DNA of 64,000 nucleotides from an uncultured Chloroflexia bacterium (GTDB lineage: Bacteria > Chloroflexota > Limnocylindria > Limnocylindrales > CSP1-4). Location of the stretch: assembly GCA_963713975.1 (NCBI GenBank), contig OY970218.1:1696001-1760000 (forward strand), written 5' to 3'. Shown piece after piece: positions 21,976-32,600 of this stretch. Below the pieces are notes generated by a model, which saw only the letters and a list, made by a program, of their open reading frames with translations, was not told where the DNA came from and did not search any database. The first letter of the stretch is position 1. Each line of letters starts with the position of its first letter. A program made the position numbers and the translations under genes.

Positions 21976-22185
21976 TGCTCCTGCCGAACGCGTGCTCCCG
22001 GACAGCCGCTCCGCCCGTTCGACGTCGCCGACCTTCTGGTTGCGTGTCCCTGGATGACGCGTCACGCGCCGGGCCTCAGGTGATGGGTCTGCCGAGTGCG
22101 GGCAGGGTCAGGCGGTCACGACGGTCAGGCCGAGAGCGCGAGCAGCCTGCGCCTGGCGCAGATCGAAGGTCACGGAGGGTTGCGC

Positions 22186-23019
22186 ATGGACAGGACTGAA
22201 CCGGGGACGCCGCTGCTGCGCGAGACGCGCTGGCTGGCCATCCTGATCATCCCATTCCTCGCCATCGCGTTCCTGATCCTGTACGGCTTCCCGACCGAGA
22301 CCGCGCGCCTGTTCGCGTGGAAGATCCAGCTGCCGATCACCGCGATGATGCTCGGCGCGGCGTACGCGGGCGGCGTCTGGTTCTTTGCCCGGGCCGCCCG
22401 TGCCCCTCGCTGGGATCGGGTCGCGGTCGGCTTCCCGGCCGTCGGCGCCTTCGCCACCATCCTCGGTGTCGCGACGTTCCTGCATTGGGACAAGTTCATC
22501 CACGACAGCCTGGCGTTCATCCTCTGGACGATCCTCTATGTCGTAACGCCGTTCCTCGTGTTCGGAAGCTGGTGGCGTCAGGTGCGTCGCGAGGCGGGCC
22601 ACCCCCGCACCACCTCGGTTGAGCTGCCGCGCATCGTCCGATCGCTGTTCGTCGGCATCGGCGTCGCGATGGTCATCGTGAGCGCGGGATTGTTCCTGGC
22701 GCCAGAGACTGTCGGCGAAGCGTGGCCCTGGGCGCTGACGCCGCTCACGACCCGGGTCATGAGCGCGATGTTCGTCCTGCCCGGGATCGTCGGCATCGGG
22801 CTGGGCCTCGACGGCAGGTGGTCGTCCGGGCGGATCGTCATCGAGGCGCAGCTCCTGTCGATCGGCCTGATCGTCGTCGCCCCGGTCCTGCATGCCGACG
22901 GCATCACGTTCGACCAGCCACTCGCCTGGGTCTTCTTCGGCGGGCTCATCGCGTTCGAGGCCCTGCTGGTCGCGCTGTTCGTGCTGATGGAGCGCGCCAC
23001 GAGGTCCGCGAGAGGCTAG
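22186..23019 (+). CDS. Hypothetical multi-pass membrane protein
   Basis: About 8 TM with an internal duplication (FAWKIQ.. / WPWALTP..); GGAGG RBS. Confidence 0.75.
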   Translation: MDRTEPGTPLLRETRWLAILIIPFLAIAFLILYGFPTETARLFAWKIQLPITAMMLGAAYAGGVWFFARAARAPRWDRVAVGFPAVGAFATILGVATFLHWDKFIHDSLAFILWTILYVVTPFLVFGSWWRQVRREAGHPRTTSVELPRIVRSLFVGIGVAMVIVSAGLFLAPETVGEAWPWALTPLTTRVMSAMFVLPGIVGIGLGLDGRWSSGRIVIEAQLLSIGLIVVAPVLHADGITFDQPLAWVFFGGLIAFEALLVALFVLMERATRSARG

Positions 23020-23877
23020 GGTCCCGTGCCGCCAGCACCACGATCGTCTTCGCTCGATGCGCCGGGCAGCACAAGCCGACGCGTTTCGTTCCACCGGTCG
23101 CGCCAGGCCAGCCACGCGGAGCCCGCATCGACGTTCCAGTCGGGACCGTTGAACCCGAGTGTGAACTGGGTGAAGCCCATCTCCACCAGTCGGTCCGCAT
23201 CCACGCGCAGGAAGCGATCCAGGTCATCCGGCTCGACGCCGAGGCCCCATTCGATCTCGGCCGGGTCTCGACCGACCGTGGCGCACCATCGCCTCAGGGC
23301 CGCAACCTTCGGCTCGAGCTCCTCGGGGTGCTCCGGGAAGGCTGCGTGCCACGAGTCCGCGTGCTCGGCCACGAGGCGGAGCGTGCGCTGCTCGCCCGTG
23401 CCGGCGATCAGGAGCGGCATCCGCCGCACGGGCGGCGGATTGAGTGCCGAGAGCCGCCCGCGGATGACCGGCAGGTCGCGCCCGAGATCGACCAGGCGAC
23501 TGCCGCGGGTGCCGAACGGATAGCCGTACTCGACGAAGTCCTTCTCGAACCAGCCCGACCCGATCCCGAGGATCACCCGGCCGCCGCTGACGTGGTCCAC
23601 GGTCCGGGCCATGTCCGCCAGCAGGTTCGGATTGCGGTAGGCGTTGCAGGCGACCAGCGGCCCGAGCTCGATGTGATCCGTCGCTTCGGCCCATGCGGCG
23701 AGGAGTGTCCAGCACTCGAGATGACTGCCGCCCCGATCGCCATACAGGGGAAAGAAGTGGTCCCAGGTGTAGGCGATGTCGTAGCCAAGCTCTTCCGCGC
23801 GCACCACGGCACGCCGGAGGCCCGCGTTAGTCGCCGTGCTGGGGATGGAGCTGGACGGCGATCCGGATGTGGTGCAT
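23016..23877 (-). pseudogene. F420-dependent LLM oxidoreductase with a +1 frameshift near the 5' end
   Basis: AGGAGG-ATG gives MHHIRIAVQLHPQHGD then TAA. Removing one base at 23827-23828 fuses it to YAGLRR..WDHFFPL. Confidence 0.75.
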
Positions 23878-24049
23878 CGGTCCTCCTGCTGACATCGTGT
23901 AACGGCCATCCTGGACCTTCACCGCGTGTGAGTGTCAGGACAACGGTGCCCACATGATCCACGAACTCCTGCGGATCGGCACGCGCCAGGCCCGCGAAAC
24001 AAGGCGTTGATAGGGCGACCCGCGGGTCGGCTTCGGGACCATCACCCGA

Positions 24050-24252
24050 TGGACGGTGACTGGTGGATGCACGGCGGCGGGATCCCTGGAATCGTCTCGG
24101 TCTACTTCCGTGACCCGGCGACGGACGCGACCGTCATCGTCCTGGGCAGCTGCTTCCGGTGCCTGGATCCCGATGGCGCGGAGTTCGATGCCACCGCATT
24201 CGGGACGCGGCTCATGGAGCTCGCCCTGGCCGAGCTGGGCGACGCGCCCTGA
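24050..24252 (+). pseudogene. C-terminal fragment of a beta-lactamase-like serine hydrolase
   Basis: WWMHGGGIPG..S....P....TVIVL; no SxxK part present. Confidence 0.55.
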
Positions 24253-24301
24253 GCCCTTGGCGTGTTCGCCCCGGCCAGGACTAGCCGCCGCTCAAAGCCT
24301 C

Positions 24302-25849
24302 CTAGTCCCGGTCCGCGGCGCGGGCCCCGTAGGTCGCCGGGAGGACTTCCTCGGCGAGCAAGCGGCGCAAGGCGTCGACCTGCTCGAAGGCGACGGCGTG
24401 CCCGGCGTCCGCATAGGTCACGAGCTGCTTGGACGGCGCCTCGAGCCCGTCCAGCCACTCGTGGGCCAGCTCGCGCCGGCCGCGCAGCTCGTGCTCGCCA
24501 TCGAGCAGGTACACCGGGACGTCGAGGCTCGGGACGTCGGTCCGGAAGTCGATGTCCTGGAGCTGGGGATACATCAGCGTGAACATGTCGACCAGCCCGC
24601 GGAGCAGGTTCGCGTTCTCCAGGAAGCCGTACTCGCGGCCCCCCAGCCCGAACATCCCAACGCCGCTGGCCCCGCCGCGCACGAGGTAGCTCGCGGGCGG
24701 CGTGTAGGGCGTCTCGAGCAGCTCGTACCAGGCCAGCGCCCGGCTGTTGGACCACGGCAGGTCCGCGTACGGCGGCTCGCCCATGGTGATGAGCTCGTCG
24801 AAGAGAGCCCCGTCGCCCCGCGCTCGGGCATGGGCGAGCAGGTCGCGCCAGATGATCTGGTCGGTCACGCGCTGGCTGACCATCTGGCCAGAGCCGATGT
24901 ACGCATGGAACAGGTCTGGGCGCGCCTGGACGGCGAGCACCCCGAGGGTCGCCCCCCACGATTCGCCCAGCAGGTACACCTTGTCCTCGTCGAACCGCGA
25001 CCGCAGGTGCTCGACGAGCGCGACGGTATCGTCGACGGCCGAGTCGAGCGTGAAGGTGGACACGGGCTCCAGGGCGGGGTACGACTTGCCGCTGCCGCGC
25101 TGGTCCCACACGACGAGGACGAAGTCCTGGGCCAGGGGGTCCAGGAGCGCCCGCGCGAACGCGATGTCACTCTGCCCCGGACCGCCGGAGAGGTACAGGA
25201 GCACCGGCCTGTCGGGGTTCGCGGCACGGACCGAGATGGCCTGCTCGCGCCCGTTGAGGGTGACCGCGGAGAGCTCGGCGATGCTGCCCGGGATCACGGT
25301 GCCGTCGGGCGCCAGGACGGGCGGGGTGGAGCCGGGGATGGCGACGACGAAGGCCAGCGCGACCGTGGCGGCGCCGAGGAGCCCGCCCGGGACGAGCCCG
25401 CGGGCACGGTGCGGACCGGCGAGCCAGCGCCCGACGAGGACGCCCGCCACCATCGGGAGCAGCGCGACGAGGCCGTGCACACCGCGACCGGCGACGAAGG
25501 CCACGATCCCGTACGTGACGTCGAGACGGATCGGGCCGAAGGCCGCGCCGCCAAGGCCGCCCAGCCGTGCGAGCTCGTACCCCAGCATGTAGCCGGCGGG
25601 TAGCAGGACGAGCGTCCAGCGGGTGCGAAGCAGCCGGCCGGCCACCAGCCCGAGCATGACGGACGTCGCGATCACGACGAGTCCCTGCCCGGCGGCGACC
25701 GGCCCACGGGGCATTGGCACGCTGGAGAGGAGCGCCGCAGCCGCACCGAGCGCGAGCGCGATGGTGCCGCCGGCGAGGCGGCTGGCACGGACGCCGGCCA
25801 CGAGGTGCGCGACGCGCGCCCCGAAGGGCGCCTGGGCGAAAGCGGTCAT
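24302..25849 (-). CDS. Membrane-anchored alpha/beta hydrolase (proline iminopeptidase-like)
   Basis: N-terminal TMs, GGPG, WDQRGSGKS, GESWG, AGH. Confidence 0.88.
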   Translation of the reverse strand: MTAFAQAPFGARVAHLVAGVRASRLAGGTIALALGAAAALLSSVPMPRGPVAAGQGLVVIATSVMLGLVAGRLLRTRWTLVLLPAGYMLGYELARLGGLGGAAFGPIRLDVTYGIVAFVAGRGVHGLVALLPMVAGVLVGRWLAGPHRARGLVPGGLLGAATVALAFVVAIPGSTPPVLAPDGTVIPGSIAELSAVTLNGREQAISVRAANPDRPVLLYLSGGPGQSDIAFARALLDPLAQDFVLVVWDQRGSGKSYPALEPVSTFTLDSAVDDTVALVEHLRSRFDEDKVYLLGESWGATLGVLAVQARPDLFHAYIGSGQMVSQRVTDQIIWRDLLAHARARGDGALFDELITMGEPPYADLPWSNSRALAWYELLETPYTPPASYLVRGGASGVGMFGLGGREYGFLENANLLRGLVDMFTLMYPQLQDIDFRTDVPSLDVPVYLLDGEHELRGRRELAHEWLDGLEAPSKQLVTYADAGHAVAFEQVDALRRLLAEEVLPATYGARAADRD

Positions 25850-25925
25850 GACGGTCGATCTCCTGGAGTGAGGTCCTCCACGGGAGCCTCTACGCCGTCG
25901 AGTGAAGCCCGGCCAGGGTAGGCGC

Positions 25926-25950
25926 GTCGCCTACCCGCGGGTAGGTTCGG
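25926..25950. promoter_or_regulatory. Palindromic operator (cognate to third LAL regulator?)
   Basis: Perfect CCTACCCGCGGGTAGG at 25930-25945; near-identical site at 28958-28983. Confidence 0.7.
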
Positions 25951-26026
25951 TCCGATCGGCACTCACCACGCCGCCCCGCTTCGGGCGACAGTCGATGTCC
26001 GCCGGCGGCCCCGAGGTTTCACGCAC

Positions 26027-28648
26027 GTGCCCACCACCACCCTCCTCGCCACGAAGTACGCGATGCCACAGCCCATGCCGGGGCTCGTCGCGCGTGCGCA
26101 TCTCACCCAGGCCCTCGACGCCACGCGTGGCGTGGTGCTCGTCTCGGCACCGCCCGGATACGGCAAGACGACCCTCGTGGCGGGGTGGCTCGAGCAGGCG
26201 GGCCTGCCCACCGCCTGGGTGACGCTCGACGAGACCGACAACGATCCGGCGGTCTTCGCCGCGTACCTCGCGGCTGCGGTCCGGCAGGCGGTGCCGACGA
26301 TCCCGGAGGCCGTGGAGCGGGCCGTGATTGGCGAGGTGTCGACCGCCGCCCTGGCGCCGCTGATCAACGCGCTCGCGGCCATCGGGGAACCGGTCGCCAT
26401 CGTCCTCGACGACTGCCACACCGTCACCAGCGACCGCGGCCACGCGCTCCTCGCGAACCTCGTGCGGCACCTTCCCGGGAACGTGCGCCTCGTCATCGTC
26501 ACGAGGCAGGACCCGCCGATCGCCCTGGCGAGGCTGCGCGTCCGCGGGCTGCTCACCGAGGTCCGCGCCGCCGACCTCCGGTTCAGCAGCGAGGATGCGG
26601 CACGCTTCCTGGGCAACACGCTCGGCCTCGCCCTGTCGCCCGAGACGGTCGGCCGGCTGGCAGATCGCACGGAAGGCTGGGTCGCGGGCCTCCAGCTGGC
26701 CGGCGTGTCCCTGCGCAGCCGTCCGGATGCCGACTCGTTCGTCGAGGCCGTCGGATCGACCGACCGCTACATCTTCGACTTCCTGACCGATGAGGCGCTC
26801 GCCCACCAGCCCCCGGCCATCCGGTCCTTCCTCGAGGCCACCTGCATCCTCGGCCGCCTCTCGGCACCGCTGTGCGATGCCGTCACCGGGAACGCGGACG
26901 GTGCCGCGATGCTCGCGGCGATCGGGGACGCGAACCTGTTCCTGACACCGATGGACGACCGTCGCGCGTGGTTCCGCTACCACCGCCTGTTCGCGGACCT
27001 CATCTCGTCGGGCCTGACGGCCGGGCGCCGGACCGACCTGCATCGCCGTGCAGGCGCCTGGTTCGCGGCCAACGGCCTCCGGGTCGAGGCCATCCGCCAC
27101 TCGCTCGCCGCCGGCGATGCCGAGGACGCGGCAGGCCTGATGGAGGCCGCGGCCGACCGGACGCTGGCGAGGGGCGAGACGCGCACCGTCGTCGCCTGGA
27201 GCCGGGCGCTTCCGCCCGGGGTCCTCGCGGCCCACCCGGCGCTCGGGGTGATGCAGGCGTGGGCGACCTTCATCCTGGGCGACATCCCCGCCGCGGAGAC
27301 GCTCCTCGGCGGCCTCGACGACACCCGCCTGACCGACCCGGCGGCCGGCGGCCGCCGCGACTGCCTCGCCGCCTGGTTCGCCAACCGTCGCGACGACCCG
27401 GATGCCGAGGACCTCGCCAGACGGGCGATCGACGGGATCCCCGAGACCGACCCGGTCTTCCGCAGCCTCGCGTTCACCACCCTGGGCGAGGCGACAGTGT
27501 CGCGGGACGTGGGGGTCGCGGTCGAGGCCTTCACCGAGGCATACCGTCTCGCCCGGCCCACGGGACGCGGCGTGCTGTACGGCGGCGCGGTCTACTCGCT
27601 CGCGAACACCGGGGTGATCCAAGGCCGGCGCCGGGAGGCCGAGGCACTGTGCCGTCGGACCATCGAGGAGGCCACCCGGGACGAGAGCGCCCAGCCCTGG
27701 CTCGGAATGGTGTACCTCCCGCTCGGGACGTCGCTGTTCGAGGCGAACGAGCTGGACCAGGCCCACCAGCACATCACCACGGGGCAGGAGCTGTGCGATC
27801 GGGCCGGGCTGCGGATCACGATGCTGGGCGCGTCGGAGTGGTACGAGGTCCTCGGGCTGCACGTGCGGGGCCAGGCCGACCAGGCATGGCGACGCGTTGA
27901 GGCCATCGCGCGCGAGGCACGGGCCGCCGGCATCGAGCGGGTCGCCAAGGCCATGACGCTCGTCGGCTGCGAGCTGCTGCTGCTGGAAGGCGACGTCGCC
28001 GGCGCCAGGAGGCGCATGGACCTGCTGCCGACGACCGACGACCACGTGCTGGGGACGATGCGGGACCGCAGCCGCCAGACGCCCGCCCGGCTCCTGGTCG
28101 TGGAGCGCAGGGAGCGCGAGGCGATCGCGATCCTCGAGTCGCTCGCGCGCGAGCAGCGGGCGCGTGGCCGGCTCGGGAGGCTCGTGCTCACGCTCACAAC
28201 GCTCGCGGTCGCGCACGAGCGGGTCCGCGAGCGCGGCGCGGCGCTCGAGGCGCTGCGGGAGGCCGTCGCGCTGGCCGCGCCGGAGGGCTACCGGCGCGCC
28301 TTCGTCGATCCGGTGCTGCCGCTCGGCGAGCTGCTGTCCCTCGTACGTCCCGAGTCGCCCACGTTCATCGATGCCGTGTCCAACCGGGAGGCGCCCGCGC
28401 CGCGGTCCCCGTCCGGGGTCGCAGAGGCGGCGGGCACCGGCGGCGACGTCCTCCTCGAACCGCTGAGCGTTCGCGAGCTCGAGGTGTTGCGCCTCGTGGC
28501 CGCCGGCCTCTCGAACGAGGAGATCGGGCGCGCACTGTTCGTGTCGCAGGGCACCGCCAAGTGGCACGTCCACAACGTCATCGGGAAGCTCGGGGCGCGG
28601 AACCGCGTGACGCTCGTCGCGAGGGCTCGCCGGCTCCAGCTCGTCTGA
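26027..28648 (+). CDS. MalT/LAL-family ATP-dependent LuxR regulator
   Basis: APPGYGKTT, TEGWVAGLQLA, RYHRLF, C-terminal LuxR HTH. Confidence 0.95.
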   Translation: MPTTTLLATKYAMPQPMPGLVARAHLTQALDATRGVVLVSAPPGYGKTTLVAGWLEQAGLPTAWVTLDETDNDPAVFAAYLAAAVRQAVPTIPEAVERAVIGEVSTAALAPLINALAAIGEPVAIVLDDCHTVTSDRGHALLANLVRHLPGNVRLVIVTRQDPPIALARLRVRGLLTEVRAADLRFSSEDAARFLGNTLGLALSPETVGRLADRTEGWVAGLQLAGVSLRSRPDADSFVEAVGSTDRYIFDFLTDEALAHQPPAIRSFLEATCILGRLSAPLCDAVTGNADGAAMLAAIGDANLFLTPMDDRRAWFRYHRLFADLISSGLTAGRRTDLHRRAGAWFAANGLRVEAIRHSLAAGDAEDAAGLMEAAADRTLARGETRTVVAWSRALPPGVLAAHPALGVMQAWATFILGDIPAAETLLGGLDDTRLTDPAAGGRRDCLAAWFANRRDDPDAEDLARRAIDGIPETDPVFRSLAFTTLGEATVSRDVGVAVEAFTEAYRLARPTGRGVLYGGAVYSLANTGVIQGRRREAEALCRRTIEEATRDESAQPWLGMVYLPLGTSLFEANELDQAHQHITTGQELCDRAGLRITMLGASEWYEVLGLHVRGQADQAWRRVEAIAREARAAGIERVAKAMTLVGCELLLLEGDVAGARRRMDLLPTTDDHVLGTMRDRSRQTPARLLVVERREREAIAILESLAREQRARGRLGRLVLTLTTLAVAHERVRERGAALEALREAVALAAPEGYRRAFVDPVLPLGELLSLVRPESPTFIDAVSNREAPAPRSPSGVAEAAGTGGDVLLEPLSVRELEVLRLVAAGLSNEEIGRALFVSQGTAKWHVHNVIGKLGARNRVTLVARARRLQLV

Positions 28649-28653
28649 CCGCG

Positions 28654-28905
28654 TTACGGAGCGCGGGAGCCGGGCGGGTGCGACTCGACCAGGGTGACGG
28701 CGACGAGCGGGATCCCGAGGTCGCGAATCCTCGCCAGCACGCCGTGGAGCGCGGCCTGGTCCGCGATGTCGCCCCGGAGCAGCATCCCGTCACCCGGGAT
28801 CTCCACCAGCTCGAAGCCCTCGAACCCGGATGCCGAGCGGGCACCCAGCCGCTTTCCCAGGATGATCTCGACCCGGCCTCCTCCCTGCGTTCGCCCGCTG
28901 CCCAC
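28654..28905 (-). CDS. Small conserved hypothetical protein ('DQAALHG' family), copy 3
   Basis: DQAALHGVLARIRDLGIPLVAV; GAGGAG RBS. Confidence 0.82.
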   Translation of the reverse strand: MGSGRTQGGGRVEIILGKRLGARSASGFEGFELVEIPGDGMLLRGDIADQAALHGVLARIRDLGIPLVAVTLVESHPPGSRAP

Positions 28906-28957
28906 CGTGGTCTCCTCGCCTGCTGGTGGACCCAGTAGATCTCCCGCCGGAACCCCT

Positions 28958-28983
28958 GTCGCCTACCCGCGGATAGGTTCCGG
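28958..28983. promoter_or_regulatory. Palindromic operator upstream of the small gene
   Basis: CCTACCCGCGGATAGG (28962-28977); on - strand followed by GCGACA, 17 bp, TCTACT. Confidence 0.65.
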
Positions 28984-29166
28984 GGCCGCATTGTCCGCGC
29001 CCGCCTCCGTCAGCCAGCGGTTGCCGCAGAAGCTGCAGAACGCCTTGCCGGGCGCCTGTGGCAGGCCGCAGTGGGCACAGGCGAGCCAGCCCTCGGGCGA
29101 CCCGGGCAGGCAGCTGCAGGCCTGTCCGACCGGCGCCTCTGGAGTCTGTCCTGGTTCGAGTGTCAT
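28963..29166 (-). CDS. Small Cys-rich zinc-ribbon protein
   Basis: CSC..CAHC..FCSFCG; TATGCT upstream. Confidence 0.5.
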   Translation of the reverse strand: MTLEPGQTPEAPVGQACSCLPGSPEGWLACAHCGLPQAPGKAFCSFCGNRWLTEAGADNAAPEPIRG

Positions 29167-29675
29167 GATCTCGCCAGCATAGCGACCGAGGCGGGGCGCT
29201 CCGCCGCGGACCGGCGATCAGTTGCCCATGAGTGCGGGGCCAGGCTCGCCGAGCGCGGCGTCGAGCACCGGGTCGCGGCCCTCGTCCACAACTCGCCTCT
29301 CGCGCCCCGGATCGTCCGGTCCTACGGCATAGATGCAGCCGCGGTTCGAAGCTTTCGACCTTCGCGATCGCCGTGGTTTCTCGGGTCCCGGTGGCCGTGG
29401 TTCGCGCGATGCGGGGTGGCGGCGATCCCGTGCCACCAGCCGATCCCCGTCAATGCCCGGCGGCCCCGAAAGCATCCCAACGTCTGTGCTGGCCCGACCG
29501 GGATGAGGTGAGCCCCATCGGTCAAGCTGTTGGTTCTGACAACACCAGCAGTGACGAGGGGCTCGAGCCCCGGACCGCGCACACCATGGGCGTCCGTGAG
29601 CGGGGTCTGTGGCTGGTGACGGAGATGAGCTATGCCAAGGCCGCCGATGGTCCGCTGGCGTTTCACACCAGCCAC

Positions 29676-32600
29676 CTAGAGGCGCATCGACGTCGTTCCT
29701 GCCGCTTCCTCCTCCGCCTCTGCCATCCCGAGCGACTGCCAGAACTCGGGGTTGCTGGACATTGCCGTGCGCGTCGTGACCGGGAATACCGCCTTTCCGG
29801 CCTCGCGGATCGCGGCGATCGTCTGGCGCATCAGCCTGACCCGCTCCTCGAGGACCTGGGCGAGAGAGGTGAGCGCAGCCACGCGCGCGGCCCGCTGGTC
29901 CGCTGCCGTCCATGCTTCGCGGAGCTCCGCGATCCTGGGGTCGAGCGCCGCCTGGCTCTTGTCGGCGGCCGTCGCCTGCCTGATCCAGCTCTTCGCCAGG
30001 GCGATCTGGACCTGGGCCACCTGCGAGTCCACGCCGACCTTGAGTGCGGTCGAGCCCTTGCTGCCGATTGCGTCACCGAGCCCCCGTGAGGACGCGCGGA
30101 TCTCCGCTCGCAACGCCCCGGTCGAGACCTCCGCCGCGTGGATCCGACCCTGGAGCTTCGCTGACTCGCGATCCGCCTTCTGCGACGCCACGGCGCCGTT
30201 CGCGCCGGTCCCGCCGGTGGCGCCCTCGGGCTGGCTTCGCATGGCGATCGCCTGGGCGTTTCGCCGGACGCCCTGGAACTCCTCGACGTGCCGGTCGATC
30301 AGCGCCAGCTGCTGGTTCCGCAGCCCGTCGGGGAGGTCCGTGTAGCGCTCCCGGTCGGCAACCGCGGCCCGCCGCTGCTGCAGCCGGCCGAGTGCCTCGC
30401 CGGTCTCGCGGATGACGTCATCGGCCCGGGGAGGCCTCGCGGTCAGGGCCTCGCCCAAGGCCTTGCGCCGGTCTCGGAGCCTCTGGCGACCCGACGGGCC
30501 CGGAAAGTTCTCGTCCCCCTTGAGCTCGAGATCCCAGGCCTTGCCCGAGATCCCGACCTGACCGCCGAGCATCTGGGCGCCGTTCTGCTTCACGAGCTCG
30601 GCGTAGACCGTCATCTTCTCGTCCAGTGTCCTGGCGGCGCGGAGCGGAGGGCTCACCGCCTCGAGCTCGCGGATCGCAGCCATCGGCACCGGCGCACTGA
30701 GCGTCCATTGGCCGGACGCCCTGGCGTCGCCGCCCCCTGAGTCCTGGAAGATCTTGCGGAACTCGTCGCGGTTGAACGATCCGGATTCGCCGGAGATCGA
30801 GAACACCGCCCGAGCGGCGGCCTCCTTGTCATTCTTCTGGCTTCGGACGATCTGGGCGTTCGAGTGCAGCTCCTTGTCGCCGAGGAACTTCCATAGCCTC
30901 CCCGGGTCCTGGTCGCGCGACTGCTTGCCGCCATACTGCTCGTGCGTCCCTCCGTCGTCTTCAACCCGGTCCTGCCAGGTCGTGCCTGTCCAATCGGACG
31001 AGCCGCCAAGCGTCGAGTACCTGTCGTGGTCCTCCTGCGTGTTCAGCGTGCGGATACTGACCCGCCGTGATCCCGTCGCGGGTGGCAGCGGGAACGCCAC
31101 GAACTGCTGGAAGGCGTTGGCCCCCTCCTTCGACGCCAGGTCGAAGGAGTAGGTGACCGCGAGCAGTGAGCCCTCGGAGGAGCCCTTCTGGTTCGTCAGT
31201 CCGCCGCTGATGCCCCAGTCGCTGCCCTCGGACGCGGTGATCGTGTAGGTGACGTGGACGGTGCTGGTGGCGGCACGGAAGACCGACAGCTCGTGCGCGG
31301 ACGTGGTCTGGCCGCTCTTGGAGATGGTGGCGCCGAACGTGCCCGAGACGCTGCCTGACTTCGTGCGAGACGACCCGATCCCGCGCGACTCGCCGATCGG
31401 GATTGCCAGGGCGCCGGGTATCGTCGTCACGGGGAAGAAGCCCAGGCTGCCGTCCTTGGCGATCTGCTGCGCGGCGTGCTCCTTGAACGCCTTCGCCTCC
31501 GCCTCGCTCGCGAACCGTCGCGACCCGGTCCGGTTGTCGGCGTCCGTCACGCTTCCGCTGGCACCGAACCCGACCCCACCCGCCTGCCCGCTGACGCCGC
31601 CGCCGACCGAGCTGGTGTCGGCCACGACGAAGCGGACCTCCCAGACGCCCGGCGCCACCTCCTCGGGGTCCTCGGCGGTGACGCTGTGACCGCCGCCCAC
31701 GGTGACCGACGCGCCGTAGCCGCCCTTGGTCTTCACGCCGCCCGTCAGCGACGCCGACGAGTTGCCCTTGTCGTCAGCGGAGAAGGCGGCGCTCCCTGTG
31801 ACCTCGCGACCGCTGCGCGTCGTGTAGCTCTTGCCGACCTCGCCGCCGATGCTGTGGGCGTCGACGGTCAGCGAGCCGGTCGTCGAGGACGACGTCTTGA
31901 TCGGGGTCCCGTCCGGCCTCGTGCCGTGCAGGACCTCACGCTTCCGCTCGCCTCCTACCTGGAGCTTGCCCTCCCCGGTGATGCCGCCCGTGACGTTCCT
32001 TGAATCGGTCACCCCGAGCGTGTCACCGATCGCGGTCGCCTCGGAGCGGCCGTACTGCGCGCCGACGACGTTCCCGCCGACCCCGAACCCGGCCCCGGCC
32101 ACACGCTCGCGCCGGTGGGTGAGCTCGCCGTCGGTTGTCTCCTCGCCGGTCGTGACCATGCCGAGCTCGCGCTTGCGATCGCGCGTCATCGTCTGGTCGC
32201 CCTTCTGGGTCACGGTCGAGGCGTAGCTGCGGCCGGCGGACGACTCGCCGTACCCGGTGCCGGGCAGCCCGACGGCCTTCGCCGGCGAGCCGTCCGCAGC
32301 CCCCTGACCGGCTCCCGGCGCGCGGCCCGCGTTGCCATCCGCCGAGTAGTTCGGGAGGTCCGTGGCCGGGCCCGCGTAGTCGGGCGAAACGGCGATCTGG
32401 TTGCCGACCCGGAAGGCCTTCGGGTACGTATCGCCCGTGCCCTCGTCGAGGTCGTACATCTCCTCGTGCCATTCGTGGCTCGGGCTCCGGATCACCGAGC
32501 CGGGACCGGCACGAAACGCTGCCTCGACCTCGGTGTCGGTGACGGGTGTCGCGGTGTCCCAGCGCTCGGGCCGGCCCACGCGCGGGCCACCTCGTCCGCC

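Noticed and set aside
29170-29675. ORFs in the gap before the 1257-aa gene
   Set aside because: No convincing motif, start signal or frame.
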